Origin: Octopus bimaculoides
Taxonomy: Eukaryota
Assembly (NCBI RefSeq): GCF_001194135.2
Contig: NC_068985.1
Coordinates: 122,094,759-122,158,758 of the forward strand
Direction: 5' to 3'
DNA length: 64,000 nucleotides
Shown here: positions 14,801 through 28,353 of the stretch, in pieces
Layout: each line of letters opens with the position of its first letter
Numbering within the stretch: position 1 is the first letter of the stretch
The notes under the pieces: generated by a model
Databases searched by the model: none
Seen by the model: the letters and a program-made list of their open reading frames with translations, nothing else
What the model was told of the DNA's origin: nothing
Program-made: the position numbers and the translations under genes

Positions 14801-17800
14801 NNNNNNNNNNNNNNNNNNNNNNNNNNNNNNNNNNNNNNNNNNNNNNNNNNNNNNNNNNNNNNNNNNNNNNNNNNNNNNNNNNNNNNNNNNNNNNNNNNNN
14901 NNNNNNNNNNNNNNNNNNNNNNNNNNNNNNNNNNNNNNNNNNNNNNNNNNNNNNNNNNNNNNNNNNNNNNNNNNNNNNNNNNNGGCACATAAAAGACACC
15001 ATTTCGAGCGTGGCCGTTTTCGTGCGGGTGACACGTAAAAGCACCCACTACACTCTCTGAGTGGTTGGCGTTAGGAAGGGCATCCAGCTGTAGAAACTCT
15101 GCCAAATCAGACTGGAGCCTGGTGTTGCCATCCGGTTTCACCAGTCCTCAGTCAAATCGTCCAACCCATGCTAGCATGGAAAGCGGACGTTAAACGATGA
15201 TGATGATGATGAATTCATGCATCATATATTTGAAGATGCAGAAACATCAAGCCTATGTATGCAATCATAAGAAAACAGTGAAAGAAGCCCAGTTGAGGCC
15301 ATTAGAGTAAATGAAGAAACGGAAGTGGAGGAAGGAAACTAGGAGAGGTGATATGAGAGGCTCATCTGTCCAGGCTGGGTAGTAAACAAAAGGAGAAGCT
15401 ATAGTTGGAGAGGGTAGTTGGAAAGAATGAATGCCTCGAGAAAGAAAGGAAAACAAAAAGTAGCCACATTTAGAGAGTTATTTTGGTATATACCCGGGAA
15501 TATTCTTAGCTGTACTACTTACATCATGTTTGCTCCTGGATCAGCTGTCATCTGATTAGTAATGAACATAGCAACATTATATTCTGGTTGAGAGAAAGAA
15601 GCAAATAGTAGCTAAAACATGGAATATCAACAGTAATGGCAGATCCAATTTAATTTTCCCATTTACCTACACCAGTGGCTCTTTGTCATTTTTTTCAAAT
15701 TCCCACTGCCCAACATCTTTGAGTATTTGTTATGCCTAGCACCCCACTAAGTGGTGAGGGAGATATCAAGACTAAACTTATTTAATATGGATATAAATTT
15801 TTCTCTAAAAATGGATTGTATAAGCTTTTAACAGTGAAATGATAAAAAATGAAGAAAGACAAAAGTTGTAAATTTACTTTATACATAGCAAGTTAATGAC
15901 TTCCCCGTGCCTAATGTAATCTCATTTTATTTTAATAACTATTACTAGTTTTATCATGTATAAATATAATTATTACCGTAGGTAAAATTTAATATGTTAA
16001 TTATGTTACTTCACAGTCCCCTAAAGCCTAATACCCCCTTCGACATGCCCAGTGCTCCCTTAGGATGGTACCACCCATGTTGAAAACATCTGCCCTACAC
16101 TAATGCTGATAGACTGAGATATATTCTGGCAGGAGATTTTTTAATAAATAAAACGATTTTATCCTTTGAAGTTTAAAATGCAATCAAGGGATGGCCTGGA
16201 TGGGGATTACCAGTCTTTTTTTTCTTTTAGGAGTATGCACAAATGACTCTGAAGACCTAGTCTTCAATAATATGACAGAGGTATTAATAAAATATACTAA
16301 TCAGTTGAGGGAACCCGTGGAAGAGGTAGGCCCAGGAAGACCTGTGGTGAGGCAAGACCTTCGAACATTGGGCCTCACCGAGGCGATGACTACTGACCAA
16401 GACCTTTGGAAATGTGCTGTGCGTGAGAAGACCCGGCAAGCCAAGTGAGATCGTTGCCAGGGCCCCTGGACTGGCTCTTGTGCGGGTGGCACATAAGATG
16501 TACCATCTTGAGTGTGACCGTTGCCAGTACCGCCTGACTGGCCTTTGTAGGGTTTTCGAGCGAGATCATTGCCAGTACCCCTGGACTGGCTCTTGTGTGG
16601 GTGGCACATAAAAGACACCATTTCGAGCGTGGCCATTTTCATGCGGGTGACATGTAAAAGCACCCACTACACTCTCTGAGTGGTTGGCGTTAGGAAGGGC
16701 GTCTAGCTGTAGAAACTCTGCCAGATCAGATTGGAGCCTGGTGTTGCCATCCGGTTTCACCAGTCCTCAATCAAATCTTCCAACCCATGCTAGCATGGAA
16801 AGCAGACGTTAAACGATGATGATGATGATGATATTCAAAAATTATAGGAGTTCTCCACATTATGAAAGTGATACATTCCTGGAAATCTGACAGGAACTTC
16901 CATTTTGCAAAATTAATTTTTCTTAATGAATTTCATATGATAAAGAGAGAGAGAATGTATCCTGATTTTTCCAAGACAGAAAAAAAGTAACATATCTACA
17001 CTTATACATGAAAATAGCAATTTCTAAATATACTCAGTACAATACATAAAAATATTTGAACAGAAATACGTAAAGGAATAAATAAGATTTATAATATTCT
17101 TTTCTACTCTAGGCACAAGGCCCAAAATTTTTGTGGAGGGAACCAGTCAATTAGATTGACCCAGTATGCAACTGGTACTTAATTTATCGACTCCAAAAGG
17201 ATGAAAGACAAAGTTGACCTCAGCAGAATTTGAACTCAGAACATAAAGACAGACGAAATACCACTAAGCATTTCGCCCGGCATGCTAACGTTTCTGCCAG
17301 CTGGTCTCCTTAATAAGATTTATAATATTACAATGGAGTATGTTCTTACTACAAAGGTTCCCCAGCTCATTGGATCATGTCAAACCATTACAACCCATGA
17401 CAGCATGGAAGACAGATGTTAAGTGATGATGATGATGATGCTGATATACACATGCATGCACTCATGCACACACACACACACACACACATAACCACAAAAA
17501 CAAGTGAGCAGAATATATGAATCAAAATATAATCAGTCAACAGAATATTTAGGCAGGAACTTAGAATTTACCTTCTGCTATTTTTTGAAGTCGTGATAGA
17601 AGTTGACCAAGTTTCTGCTGTCTGTCAGCCAGTTCTCCTCGTCCACAGAAATCAACACGAAATAAAGCCATAACAGAATCAACAACCTTGTGAAAAAAAA
17701 AAAAAAAAAAAAAAAAAAGTGACATTTCCGTACTCTCTATTTTCACCCTTGTCCTTCATCCCTCTTTTTTTCAAATCACAAACCTACTCTATATTTGAGG

Positions 17801-20800
17801 TTGTTTCTAGTATATCTGAGTATATTTCTCAAAGAATGTCTAAGAGAAAATAACTAGCAATGCCTGCTGCATAAAACATTAACATACTCCTAATGCAAAC
17901 ATACTTGAAGCAGGGAGTCAAAACATTTTAATTCATCTTATTGAGAAGAAAAATATTATCTAAATGACTAATTCTGGTTAAGCAAGTCAAGGGAGACAAC
18001 TCTGGATTATTGTAGTACTATGTTCAAGTGAATTGATTCTTGCTGTAGAATATTATTGAAGTTATGACACTAAAATTAATGACAAGTTATACGTATCTAA
18101 CTTCAAGTCCACATGTTTTGATCTTATTATGTCTCTTTAGGATTATGTACATTCCCACCATCATCTCCAAGATACCAGAATGTTATACCTATAAGGCCTT
18201 GGATGTCCAGCTGGACTGATAAATTTGAATATTAAGACAACTGCATCTTGAGTTCAAATTTTGCCTAGGTCAGCTTTGCCTTTCATCCTTCCAGGATCTA
18301 TAAATACAGAACCAGTCAAGGATGATGAAACCTTAGAGTATGGAAGGTTATGCCTTGTAGTGTTTGTTCCAATTCTATGATTTCTGAGTTTGAAACCAGA
18401 TATTGCTTACATGGGTGGTAGACTTAATTCAGTTATGAGTGCCTTTCAGTAGAATCCACTTCATCGCTAGCATTCTGGCAAGGTCGCCAATATGAAAATG
18501 CCTTTCTCCTTCCCTTTTGCCACTCTCAGGTGTCATGTAAAGGACCATGCACACTGCCCTTCACTCCTGACTAAATAATAAAGAGAAGCACTTGTTCTTC
18601 TGTGATATTTATGCCTTTAGCTTCAAAAGTCAATCACATTTCAATCAAAAGCCATTGCTATTCATACATATTGAGCAGTAATTCATTGTTTTCACAATAC
18701 ACCATCATCATCATTTAATGTCCATGTTCCATGCTGGCATGAGCTGGATGGTTTGACAGGATCTAATGGGTCCAAGGGCCACATCATGCTCCTGTGTCTT
18801 CTTTGGTATGGTCTCTACAGCTGGATACCTTCCTTAACACCAACCACTCAGCACTATGTACAGAGTATTTTTTTCATACACCAGCACTAGTAAGGTCACC
18901 TTGCATTTCATGAGACTACAAAACCCCAGGTGAGGGTTGGGGGTGTGGGGCAGCATATATATGAAGAAATGAGGATATAGAGTACAGGAGGGAGAGACAA
19001 GCTGGTTCTTGTAGAGGACCCCACAACATTTATTCAGCAATTTTAATAATGTTGTATGTGCATGTGTTTGCAGGCTACTCTTACATCTATTTTCCCTGTC
19101 TTTTTGTTAAGAGAAAAACGTTTTTGCAGCTTGATGCTCTTCCTACTTTTAATGACTTGACTTTATAGGTTGATATCTCTTACAACAATTTAAAATAAAA
19201 CATAAACCTCTTTACTTTTTATGGTGTCCCCACAAAGTACTTAAATTTACATTGTTTGAATGTTGATAAAAGACAATTTTACCATCAGTTTAAATATTCC
19301 AGGTTCCTCATAAAACTTGGCAGCCACAAAATCCAAAAGTTCATATTGGTGTTCACCTGCAACAGGTAAATAAGATAGTTTCTGAATGAAAACACATATT
19401 GTTTTGAGTCTGAAACTAACTTAATCATTCTCTTATGGACCCTTAAAATATTTTAAGAACACTAGATTTAATGAACCAGTGGAGTAATCTTTATGTGATC
19501 ATCCAACCAACTAGGAAAACACAAAAATCACCCACAAATTGTATTGCATCATCTTAAAAAGGGTCAACATTAGCTAATGTAATTCTAAAGATTCCAAAAG
19601 AGACAAGATTCTGAAATACCTTTGGTCATATGCTTGATTTGGTTGATCAGGGCTAAACTACAACAATTGTAGATTTTTGGTTTAATTTTTTAGATTTTAA
19701 TTAAAATTAAACATTTCAAACTTTTCCTTAATATCACCATCTGATTACTTTATAATGCTCTGATCCCCATTCATGTGAGTATAGCCTGGCACTTCACCAC
19801 CAATCTCTCTCCTGCTCTCTCTCTCTCTCTTGCATTCTTGCTGTCTCCACTCAGTCTACTCCGTGGGGTGGAAGACCATCCAGCGGTAAAAAACATACCA
19901 GAACAGACACAGAAGCCTTGTGTAGTCTTCTGCCTGGCTGGCTCCTGTCAAACCATCCAACACATGCCAGCATAGAAGATGGACATTAAATGATGGTGAT
20001 GATATATATACATATATATAGGCTACTAGCAACTAGCAAAACACATACCTTGTGTGTGTGTATGTATGTATGTGTGTGTGTATGTATGTGTATATCTTCT
20101 ATTATAATTCCATTCGCATCTAGGTTACATTATAGGAATCGACCCCAGTAGTTGACAGGAATTATATTTCATTGGTTACAGAAATACTATACTGCATGAT
20201 AATCCATTAATTATGAAGAAGAAATCTTGTCTATATATTTAAAGTAGTATCCTCAAACCAGAGACCTAGTCTTAATGCTTCCAATAAAGTGGAAACCTTT
20301 GTTTGGGTGTCTTTAGCAGAGGATTCTACTCTATTGCAAGCATTCAGGCTAGGTCTCTAATTTGAAGATATCTTTCTCTCTCCCACCCATCTGCCAGTCT
20401 CAGAGGCCTTCACTAAGTATTAAAAAGACAAAAGTGTACAATGAAGCCTTTGCTTCACTAATTTGATCATGACAACACCAAATCTTATTCAAATTTATCT
20501 CTGATACTGCATGAAATATCAATTGCTGGTTAATATCATTTTTCCTTACCACATAATTATGTACAATTAACTTTTTAATGCTCCTAGTATTAAATATGTT
20601 AACACTAATTTTTAGTGTTGATAAAATAATTTTCATTAATCTATTTGTATATAATGAAATGATATGGTATAAATTGAATAATACTTACTGGTATATGCTC
20701 TGGCATATAATACATTATCCAGAACTGCCTCTTGATCTAGATTAAAACGATCTGCAATGTCTCTCAAGCGATCAGGACGACTTAATCATGTTAAAGACAA

Positions 20801-22436
20801 ATTTATTTAGAGTAGGCATGGGTGTGCACAAGAAACTCTCTCTCTCTTTCTCTCTCAGTACATATTTATAAATATGTAATCAGCACAATTCTTCTTTCTA
20901 TATTCCAAGTTATCAAGCTGTTGAACCAGCATTATCGTCGTCATTTAATGTCCACTTTCCATGCTGGCATGGGTTGGACGGTTTGACTGAGGGCTGGCGA
21001 GCCAGAAGGCTGCACCAGGTTCCAATCCAATCTGGCAATATTTCTACAGCTGGATGCCCTTCCCAACACCAACCATGCCACCAGCACGAGGGCCAGCCGG
21101 GCAGTACTGGCATTGAGCATGCTTGAATGATGCTTTTATGTGCCACTGGCACGGGAGCCAGTCAGGCGGCACTGGTAACAACCACACTCGAATGGTGCTT
21201 TTTATATGCCACCGGCACGGATGCCAATCAGGTGACAATTTTATTCTGTTCAGTTCCTTTGTTTTTTACATAATTACATATTTTATCGTATAAAGTATTT
21301 CTACCAAATTTAATCCAAGGATACAATGTATTTTCTGTGTCAACAAATACCACTTTACCTCCAGTGTAACCATGTATCCCAGGTAGCTGTGCAGTAACTA
21401 GAAATTAAAGATTAAAATACAATTTAATACACATTTCAAGAAACTGCACATTATAGACAGCAGTATGGTTAAGAAGTTTGTTTCACAAGCACATGATCTT
21501 GGATTTGATCCAACTGTGCATCATCTTTGCCAAGTATCTTCTTGTATAGCTTTGGATTAAGTGAAAATTAGTAGATGGAAACTAAGAGGAAGTTTCATAC
21601 ACATACACACACATATATATATATATATGGTGGGGAGGTATATATATATATATATATATATGTTTGTATGTGTATATCTCAAGCTGTTGTATATTGAAGA
21701 AAGTTGTAAATGTTATTGAAGAAACCAAAATGAAAGTAAGAAATAAAAAAAAACATTCTTTGAATTAAGTTTTTCATAATATCTGCTTTCCACAGAATAA
21801 TAAACAACTTTTGCTCTCATCATCAGAAATGAAATGAACCAGTGATTGGCCCATTGAAAACCTGTAATGAATGATGTTATTATTTATAAATTATGATATA
21901 AAAAATAAGAAAATTTTATACCCTACCAAGTCCAAACATGAATGACAAGCAACTTAGACCCACCCTCCCAAAATCACAGCAAATGCCTAGGCCTCATTAT
22001 CACTAACGATCTCTTTTGGCAATCTCCCTCTTTAGAATTATAAAATAGTTCAGGTTCCAATAATTACTGAACCTGTATAAAGCTCAATTAAGACTCACAA
22101 TGAAATACTGCTCCCACATTTGGAACATTGCTATGACTATGTCCAGAGGCATCCAAAACCACTTCCAAACAAATGCCTCTTGGCTGGCTGAAGTAACTCG
22201 CTAACACTCTCCAGCCTCTGACTCACAGACATGCTGTCTTGTTACTCTGACTCGTCTACCTTTAGATACTGTAGCCTCTTCTTTTCTTTTCTTTCTTTTA
22301 TCGCACATATTGTGTCCATCACCACCAATACCCTCACATTAACCAATACCCTCAGTCATATTTTCCCGTAACACTCTCCTTCTAGAATCCTCTCACTGGC
22401 CATGTTCATAGTAGTAGTAGTAGTAGTAGTAGTAGT

Positions 22437-22468
<32 letters not shown>

Positions 22469-25400
22469 AAGCAGCAGCATCCTTTAAGAACACCATTGAA
22501 GATTTCATTTTGATTTAGTGACTAGGGATGTTTCTCACTGAGAAGAGGTACAAGCTAACAGAACATTTGTTAATTATACAATTTACAGAAGGGAACTTTA
22601 CCTTTACAGCATTCAGGTAATGAGAAAACTTCTATGCAGCTGCTTGATCTGTAAGAAACAGCAGCATAGTCTCCCTCAAATCACACCCCACCATCTTAGA
22701 AAATGAAAGAGATGATATGCCTTAAAAATAGAAGAGATAGTCACAGCTTGAATGCCATTGTATTCAAATCTGTTCAATGAGAGCAAACCTGGGACTATAC
22801 AACAACAAGCACCTATATACAACAAAGTGAACTTAGTTTAGTGCCTTTCCTCAAGTCACAGCACAGTGCAACACAAATAAAGGTATAGGAAGCAACATAA
22901 TTTTGGTTGGTACCTAAGCACTGTCTGGAGCCCTTGGGAGCTACCTGAACTCCTTTGGAACCAGGATACTTCACAGAATTATGGGTTACTATTGGTCAGA
23001 TTTCGTATCTAACCAATGACTCTGCTGAGAGACTGGGATGTGTCCTGTTACTTGTACAATTTGGGAGTGCCAGCTCAGAATGTTTGACCATGTTGCTCAA
23101 TTTTCCAAATTGGATCCTGTTTATTATGTTCTCTTCCCTGAGGATCAGACCAGATTGAGGACATGTACTGGTCAACCACATGGCCCTTTGGTCGTGGTAA
23201 ATGAGGTGGTATCTCATGGAGATGGGAACTGACTGGGACTCTGCTCAATGGGTAACCTGGGAGGACCCAAGAATGTACCAACAAATGGTGAATGCAGTAA
23301 TGTGCTGTAATGGCATGTGACCCCACAACTGACTTATTCATTTAAAATATAAAGCTACTTAAAATAAATTTATGAACAAGATTTCAAATAATCCCAAATG
23401 TCTTTGGTGCTAAAGGTGGAAATGAGTAAATCAAATCACATATTAAGACAGAGGGTGCCTCAAGTGGTTACTCAATCTACTAGAAATAGCAACTAAATTT
23501 TTCTCAAACCAACCTCAATCATCTTAAAAAGGATGGCTACATTGGATAGTATAGTCTTGTAGACATTGCCTGAAAATAAATTGGGATGGTCATTACTGGA
23601 ATACTTTACTCATAGATCTATTTGGTCAGAGCTAACTTGAACTAAAACAACAACTTACCACACAAGGTGTGAGACAACTGTGTTTTCCCAGTTCGAAACT
23701 CTCCAAAAGCTTCTGTGATAGACATACTTTCAATCCCACCACCTAGAAGTTTACTAAAAAGATACAATACAAAAAAATCCATTACATAAAAATTATTTTG
23801 TGAAACCATCTTTGGGGAAAAAAATGTGCAAAAAAAGTACAGCCTGTTTTTACTTGTGAGTGATTACGGCTTGGAAACATGTGCCATGCTTTTGCTAATA
23901 TTAGGTGTTTATGTAGTCATGAGCAGGCATTAGAAACCCTCCTGGTTTTCTCATTCTTGACTCTCCAATGTACCCAGAATGTGATAGCTGGAGGAAGAAC
24001 AAGCTGCACTAGTACCTAGCCTGTATTCATTAACTGCTGACTAGATTGGAATATGATGAAATGAAGTGCATTTTTCAAGGACAGAACATGCTGCTTTGTC
24101 CAGGAATTCAACTCACACCCTTATAGTCATGAAGCAAACACTCTGACCACTAGGCCACATACCTTCACAGTTTTGTAAAATGAAAAAATTATTAACTTTG
24201 TTTACTTGTTAAATTGTATTTGGAAGGTAGTGCAGTCATGTTTATAGTAGTAGATGGAGAAAGTGACAAACAAATGTCTTTACAATTCAGGGGGAAACTT
24301 AATAGAAATTGCTCCAATAACAATAAAATCTTCAAATTTGCAAACAGTATTCTAGCATGAAAAAACAAATGCAAGATAATATCAATGATTATAGTGTTCA
24401 ATATATTTTTTTCTTTTTAAGATGTTATGGTATGATTTAAAGAATTGGTTGCTAAACTTGACAGAGGTCTAACTGCTGGTAACACAGGTAAAAAATCATC
24501 AATGAGACATGATATTAAAATGCATAATTAATCATAGTTAATATACAAAAAAAAAAAAGGTGAGTTTACATACTCAAGCTCTTCACTGCCCGTGGAAATA
24601 TGGAAAATCTGTTTCCGTTTCTGTGCATACTGCAGAGCAGTGAAGAAACCATTTTCCTGGAAGAAGACATTGATTACAATAATAAGTATTTATCAGTCTA
24701 CCTTTGATAAATTCTCAGCACATTTTTAATCAAATACACACTCATACATACAATACACACACACTTCAGAACATGCACATATATGTATATCATTTCAACA
24801 TAATACAACAAATATCAAAAATCAAATTAGAAATTCTCATGAAGTGAAGAAAAGACATTAGCTCAATTACTAATGTATTTTAATCAGTTTGATATGTATG
24901 TGAGACAACTTTGAGTATGTTTCAACTTTAATAGATCACTTCAGTAAGGAATAGACTTCACCATATTTGCAGAAATAGTTATGATGGAATTATTAAGTAC
25001 TTGTACAATATTTAATAGGCATAGATATAAAAAATTAGCATATTTAAAAATACACCTCTAACATTAATTACTGGCGAAAGTCATCTGAAAGAAAAACAAT
25101 AAAATTAGTGAGCATAAAAAATCGGAGTAGAATTGCACATTACACTATTGTCAGCCTCTGCTTCATGCTTAGGATTTGTGGTGTGTGCGTACGAGTAGAT
25201 GTAATCGCCTTACCTCGGTTTTCCTTTCCTCGACTGTGAGTCTGTCTTGCGGTATCCAATCCTTGAAGCTTGCCCCGACCCAAAGTACACCAGGAATAGC
25301 AGCTGCTTCTCCCAAACCTAGACCGTCGCTTAACAAGTCTTGCCCTGACCGCAACCNNNNNNNNNNACACCAGGAATAGCAGCTGCTTCTCCCAAACCTA

Positions 25401-28291
25401 GACCGTCGCTTAACAAGTCTTGCCCTGACCGCAACCCCGTTTGAAAAGGGCACGAATCCCGATCGAGGCTCCCTCTGCCCTTTTTCCCCTTCCGGTCAAC
25501 TCGCCCTTCCGGTCAGCCTCCCCAGACACTGACGTCATACCACAGTATTTAACTGAATTCATTCCAAAAATTGCCCACATTTTCTGCTCAACAGTTCAAA
25601 CTTAATGTCACTTATATTAACCTCTTACCATTTTCTCTCTAAATTATACTTCCTTCAGTTATTTTAATCATTTAAATGCCATGTCAGCTAAAAGTGCTTG
25701 TACTACAGTGTTCATATTTAAATTCTAAATATCTCTGTCAAAATGTCATCATAACATAAATGATGTCATAAGATTTCAGTTAATTAAGACCAACATAAAA
25801 TATATCAATATATTAAGTTTCAGATACCTTACTAACTCCTTCCAAAAATCTTGATTACAAAGAAAATTAACTCATAGGCTGTCTATTCTTTTATTTGTTT
25901 CATTCATTTGACTGTAGCCATGCCAGAGCATCACCTTTAGTCAAAGAAATCAACTCCAGAACTTATTCTTTGTAAGCCTAGTACTTATTATTTTGGTCTA
26001 TTTTGCCAAACTGCTACGTTATGAGGATGTAAACACACCAACATCGGTTGTCAAGCGATGGTGGGGGGACAAACACACACACACACACATGTATATATAT
26101 GCTTAAGGCACTTGCTTACTTGCTTAAGGCAGTCCATCTTGATAGATAACGATGTCATCTTTGATCCTTAGGGGTTGTCTTGATAGCGTTGGCAGGCCCT
26201 CTCATAGCTGAAAAGGTCAATTTTGGAGGCACATGTCCGATTACATTGAGAGCAGCAAAGAGGGCTCTGACAAAGATGAGCTTCTCTAGGATTTTGCTGA
26301 CATTCCTTGAGCTGTCTTTGCTTTTCTTTACGAAGTCTAGTCCACTCATCCTCAAAATGATGCGTACCAGTTTTGACCATACCCCTCCAGGTAGTACAGT
26401 GTGTGACCAGTGTTTCAAGTTCACTAGGGGAGATGTTGCAGAGCTTCAGGGATTCCTTGAGATGATCTTTATATCACTTCTTTGGACCTCCATGCGGTTG
26501 GTTACCTTCTGCTAACTCCCCAAAAAGGACAATCTTGGGTATACGGTTTTCTGGCATCCTGATAACATGCCCCACCCAGCGCAGTTGATGTTTGAGGATC
26601 ATGCATTCGATACTGGTCAATTTCTCTCATCTCAGGATCTCCGTATGTGAGATCTTGTCCTTCCAGGTCAGATGAAGAATGCGCTGGAGACAGTGGATAT
26701 GAAAGGATTTGAGGAGTTTGACATGACGATGATAAAGTGTCCAAGTTTCTGAGGCATACAGAAGCGTGGAAACCACAACAGCATGATCAGATCCTATGCT
26801 CCACCTTGGGACCAGCCTGTCTGGTCCGGTTCTCAGGCTTCCTGCGGCAAGCTGCTGAATTTCCAGTTTGTCGTAGTCCGCCTATATAGCCAGCTTGCAA
26901 GCATCACCCTCATCCGCCTTCACTAGGAACAGATCCGCTGTTGTGGACTTGCAATACCAGAGCCCCGTTAGCTACATTTTCAGGATTCAGGGTCTAAATA
27001 TATTTATAAAAGTATATACATATATATAAAAGAATATATATATATATAGTGCCCCTGGACTGGCTCTTGTGCGGGTGGCACATGAGATGCACCATTTTGA
27101 GCGTGGCCATTGCCAGTACCGCCTGACTGGCTCCCGTAGGATTTTCGAGTGAGATCGTTACCAGTGCCCCTGGACTGGCTTGTGCGGGTGGCACATAAAA
27201 GACACCATTTCGAGCGTGGCCGTTTTCGTGCAGGTGACACGTAAAAGCACCCACTACACTCTCTGAGTGGTTGGCGTTAGGAAGGGCATCCAGCTGTAGA
27301 AACTCTGCCAAATTAGATTGGGGAGTTAGCAGAAGGTAACCAACCGCATGGAGGTCCAAAGAAGTGATATAAAGANNNNNNNNNNNNNNNNNNNNNNNNN
27401 NNNNNNNNNNNNNNNNNNNNNNNNNNNNNNNNNNNNNNNNNNNNNNNNNNNNNNNNNNNNNNNNNNNNNNNNNNNNNNNNNNNNNNNNNNNNNNNNNNNN
27501 NNNNNNNNNNNNNNNNNNNNNNNNNNNNNNNNNNNNNNNNNNNNNNNNNNNNNNNNNNNNNNNNNNNNNNNNNNNNNNNNNNNNNNNNNNNNNNNNNNNN
27601 NNNNNNNNNNNNNNNNNNNNNNNNNNNNNNNNNNNNNNNNNNNNNNNNNNNNNNNNNNNNNNNNNNNNNNNNNNNNNNNNNNNNNNNNNNNNNNNNNNNN
27701 NNNNNNNNNNNNNNNNNNNNNNNNNNNNNNNNNNNNNNNNNNNNNNNNNNNNNNNNNNNNNNNNNNNNNNNNNNNNNNNNNNNNNNNNNNNNNNNNNNNN
27801 NNNNNNNNNNNNNNNNNNNNNNNNNNNNNNNNNNNNNNNNNNNNNNNNNNNNNNNNNNNNNNNNNNNNNNNNNNNNNNNNNNNNNNNNNNNNNNNNNNNN
27901 NNNNNNNNNNNNNNNNNNNNNNNNNNNNNNNNNNNNNNNNNNNNNNNNNNNNNNNNNNNNNNNNNNNNNNNNNNNNNNNNNNNNNNNNNNNNNNNNNNNN
28001 NNNNNNNNNNNNNNNNNNNNNNNNNNNNNNNNNNNNNNNNNNNNNNNNNNNNNNNNNNNNNNNNNNNNNNNNNNNNNNNNNNNNNNNNNNNNNNNNNNNN
28101 NNNNNNNNNNNNNNNNNNNNNNNNNNNNNNNNNNNNNNNNNNNNNNNNNNNNNNNNNNNNNNNNNNNNNNNNNNNNNNNNNNNNNNNNNNNNNNNNNNNN
28201 NNNNNNNNNNNNNNNNNNNNNNNNNNNNNNNNNNNNNNNNNNNNNNNNNNNNNNNNNNNNNNNNNNNNNNNNNNNNNNNNNNNNNNNNNNT

Positions 28292-28353
<62 letters not shown>

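Noticed and set aside
17572-17686. Cys in DMC1 loop L1 (DFCGRGEL versus human DFSGRGEL) as a novel substitution; also RAD51 as an alternative identity
   Set aside because: As I recall, yeast Dmc1 also has Cys here; RQQKL and DPGA identify DMC1 rather than RAD51.
24580-24646. 10-bp inverted repeat TCTTCACTGC / GCAGTGAAGA suggesting a pre-miRNA or snoRNA hairpin
   Set aside because: It lies wholly inside a DMC1 coding exon, the stem is short, and it is plausibly chance.
25287-25436. Exact 70-bp direct repeat (25287-25356 and 25367-25436)
   Set aside because: The copies flank a 10-N gap, the typical signature of unmerged overlapping contig ends.
27320-27375. Exact 56-bp inverted copy of 26466-26521
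   Set aside because: It sits at a contig edge next to a gap and joins two unrelated repeats; most likely a misassembly. Long reads would settle it.
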